Assembly: GCA_018985235.1 (NCBI GenBank)
Contig: JADGIG010000043.1
Span: forward strand, 1 to 33,449
Source: Sanchytrium tribonematis
Taxonomy: Eukaryota
Length of the DNA: 33,449 bases
Direction: 5' to 3'
Under the pieces are notes generated by a model that saw nothing but the letters and a program-made list of their open reading frames with translations, had not been told where the DNA came from and made no database searches. Of the stretch, positions 31,419 to 33,449 are shown in pieces (within the stretch, counting starts at the first letter, position 1; each line of letters opens with the position of its first letter). Made by a program: the position numbers and the translations under genes.

Positions 31419-32784
31419 ATGTCACAAATTTCTATAGAACACATTGTCCAAAATTTACCAGATGAAGCTTGTTTAGATGCTGAGTTGGTTAATTTCGTTT
31501 TAGATCAGATAGATGACTATTCAAATATTATCTTGCCTCAGCCTTTACAAGCAGAACTATTTAAAAGAACTTTAAATCCTATATATCATCAAGCATGGTA
31601 TACATTAAACAGACCAGAACCTCAGTATTTGGATTTTGCGGCTTCGAACTTACGTGAATCCGGAAAAGCGATATGTCATTGGTTTGATCTCGAAGATGAG
31701 TGTCCAGATGAACTGGTGTTGTATATTGTAAGAGTGTTATCGAATGTTGCTGTGGCAAAACAGGACATTGAACCTTGCTTTTCTGTCTGGCATATGTACT
31801 GCTTTGTTCACCAATTGCTGGAGTTTGATGAATTCCATCCTAAAAGGCAATTGGCAGTGATCGACACGCTACAACGCTTCAGTGATCAAAACACAAAACA
31901 TGTAAATATTGTCATTAGAGACGAAAAGGCAGTAATTTTGCAATGGATGCTAAGATCAGATTGCTATTCATGGAAGTCATACTATGTAATAATTTCTAAT
32001 TAAGCTGGAAGAATGGATTTCGAATTTCTCAGGTACGTCACTTATAAAATTTAATTATGTTATCATTGGAGAAAATTGGAGTCTTAGAGACAAAGTAAGA
32101 GCCTTATCATTGTGTCAATTAGTCGATCGGGTTCAAGTTTTTGAATTAATTCGAGAGTTTGATGGAATTGAAATTAGCGATATTGAGAGTTGTAGAGATA
32201 TAGCCGACCTCATTTTACGCTCAAGACCGAGTCACTTGGTAAGTAAGCTAGATGTACTTTCATTGTACAGTGACCTTTTGGAAGGCGGTCTACATTTGTT
32301 TTCTGACCCAAAATTGTCTCATTCATTTCTAAATTGGATGTCATTGTATTTGTTTGCTGCATCAAATTGGAATTATCTAAGTCCAGAGCATATTGATACG
32401 CTCACACGATTTTTGTGCATCGCATTCAAGAAAGCCAATGATTTATTTGTAAAAATACGAATAATAGCGCTTCCGTTTTTAAACGTTAAGTCATCCAAAT
32501 TGAGATTACTTCATGAGTTTTTTGTCAAAAATGAAGATGAAGATGGATACAAAATTCTTTTATCCGCATTGATACAGCAAGGTAGAGCAGCTTGTTGCAA
32601 GGCCGAAATGCAATATATTAATTGTAGAATTAACGATTTGCAATTGAGGCAAATATCGCCAAATCACAGACAAATTTTACGCAAAGTTAAATCTGATGAC
32701 TTTAAATTTCCTGTGATTAGAGATAAGCAGCTACTTGTGGGAAGAGTTGATAAAATAGCAGTGATTAATTGGGTTGAATTATAG
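31419..32784 (+). CDS. Hypothetical alpha-helical protein; join(31419..31985,32005..32784), ~448 aa
   Basis: Two ORFs become one continuous frame after removing a consensus 19-nt intron; no family recognised. Confidence 0.65.
31986..32004 (+). other. 19-nt intron (gtaataatttctaattaag)
   Basis: Consensus match with a CTAAT branch-like motif; the 35 codons after it are open and in frame with ORF 32110. Confidence 0.8.
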
Positions 32785-33159
32785 TAAATCCTCCGCAATT
32801 TTTCTCTTTTTAAATCTCTTTTTGTATTCTTCTATTGCTAAATCTCTTTTTTTTAAAGGATTGGAGGATAATGATTTAGAATTGTTGTGGATCGTTGGAG
32901 TCTTAAAAACAATATTGGGCTCTATTTTCTTTTCCTTGATGCTATCCAATTGCTTCGACAACTGTTTTGCTTTTTCTTCCGCCCTTTTATTGGCAGCGAC
33001 CTCTAAGTAGTGAGCCTTTTCAATTGTGGGCTCCTTTTTGGTTTTCAGCATTGGTTTGGGCACTACTGCTTTCTTCAATTCTTCTTCTATATTTACCTCT
33101 TTGTTGAATATTGATTCTGAATGGGTTTTAATTTCCTCATCGCTCTCGCTAGAAAACAT
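32779..33159 (-). CDS. Small Lys/Glu-rich hypothetical protein
   Basis: ATG 33159 (MFSSESDEE...), basic C-terminus KKRFKKRK (NLS-like). Confidence 0.55.
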   Translation of the reverse strand: MFSSESDEEIKTHSESIFNKEVNIEEELKKAVVPKPMLKTKKEPTIEKAHYLEVAANKRAEEKAKQLSKQLDSIKEKKIEPNIVFKTPTIHNNSKSLSSNPLKKRDLAIEEYKKRFKKRKIAEDLL

Positions 33160-33181
33160 GGAGAAAATTGAAATAATCAAT

Positions 33182-33448
33182 TTATTTTCTCAAGACAGAT
33201 TTGGCAGAATATGTCTGCAATTCACTGCCAGGAACAAACGTAAATCCTACAAATTGTTTTTGCACTGATTCTGATAGCCTAGCTTCTTCAAAAGAGTCTT
33301 TAGGCATTTCGTTAGTGAAAACTTCATCAAAATTACTTGTGTCACCTGCTGCTGCCACTCTGGGTTTGAATGGTGGGACAATTTGCTTTTTGTAGAGCTT
33401 TTCAAAATCAATTTCCTGAAAAAAAGCATGTCCTTTAATTTGGGATTC
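33182..33448 (-). CDS. C-terminus of an AGC kinase (Ypk1/Gad8/SGK-like), 5' part outside the window
   Basis: Hand translation: IKGHAFFQEIDFEKL..KQIVPPFKP..DTSNFDEVFT..LSESVQKQFVGFTF (hydrophobic motif); stop at 33184-33182. Confidence 0.85.
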   Translation of the reverse strand, partial: ESQIKGHAFFQEIDFEKLYKKQIVPPFKPRVAAAGDTSNFDEVFTNEMPKDSFEEARLSESVQKQFVGFTFVPGSELQTYSAKSVLRK

Positions 33449-33449
33449 G

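Noticed and set aside
515..32784. Split ORFs read as pseudogenes, programmed frameshifts or sequencing indels
   Set aside because: Every break coincides with a GTA...AG segment of 19-20 nt whose removal restores the frame and, where the family is known, the conserved motif.
1..33449. Prokaryotic or viral origin suggested by gene density; operons, CRISPR, IS elements
   Set aside because: The gene set is eukaryotic housekeeping with spliceosomal introns; no repeat-spacer array, transposase or terminal repeats seen.
1..33449. Alternative genetic code (stop reassignment)
   Set aside because: Conserved proteins end at TAA at expected C-termini (SKL, CGQQ, GIKFE) and have no internal stops after splicing.

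Overview
AT-rich, very gene-dense eukaryotic nuclear DNA read with the standard genetic code. It is probably from an early-diverging fungus or other opisthokont (inferred from Ypk1/Gad8-like, Far9/SLMAP-like, TMEM161, ALDH7A1 and SDF2 homologues). About 30 protein-coding genes are packed with spacers of mostly a few to ~280 nt. I found no rRNA, tRNA, mobile element or CRISPR. The main signal is a set of ten ultra-short spliceosomal introns (nine of 19 nt, one of 20 nt). All fit GTA...TNANNNAG, with an invariant A six nt from the 3' end. Removing them repairs every apparent frameshift in the ORF track and restores conserved motifs. Other signs of compaction: TAA stops fused into AATAAA/AGTAAA poly(A)-like signals, convergent genes 2-3 nt apart or overlapping, divergent ATGs only 28-29 nt apart, and very short (~10 aa) signal peptides.
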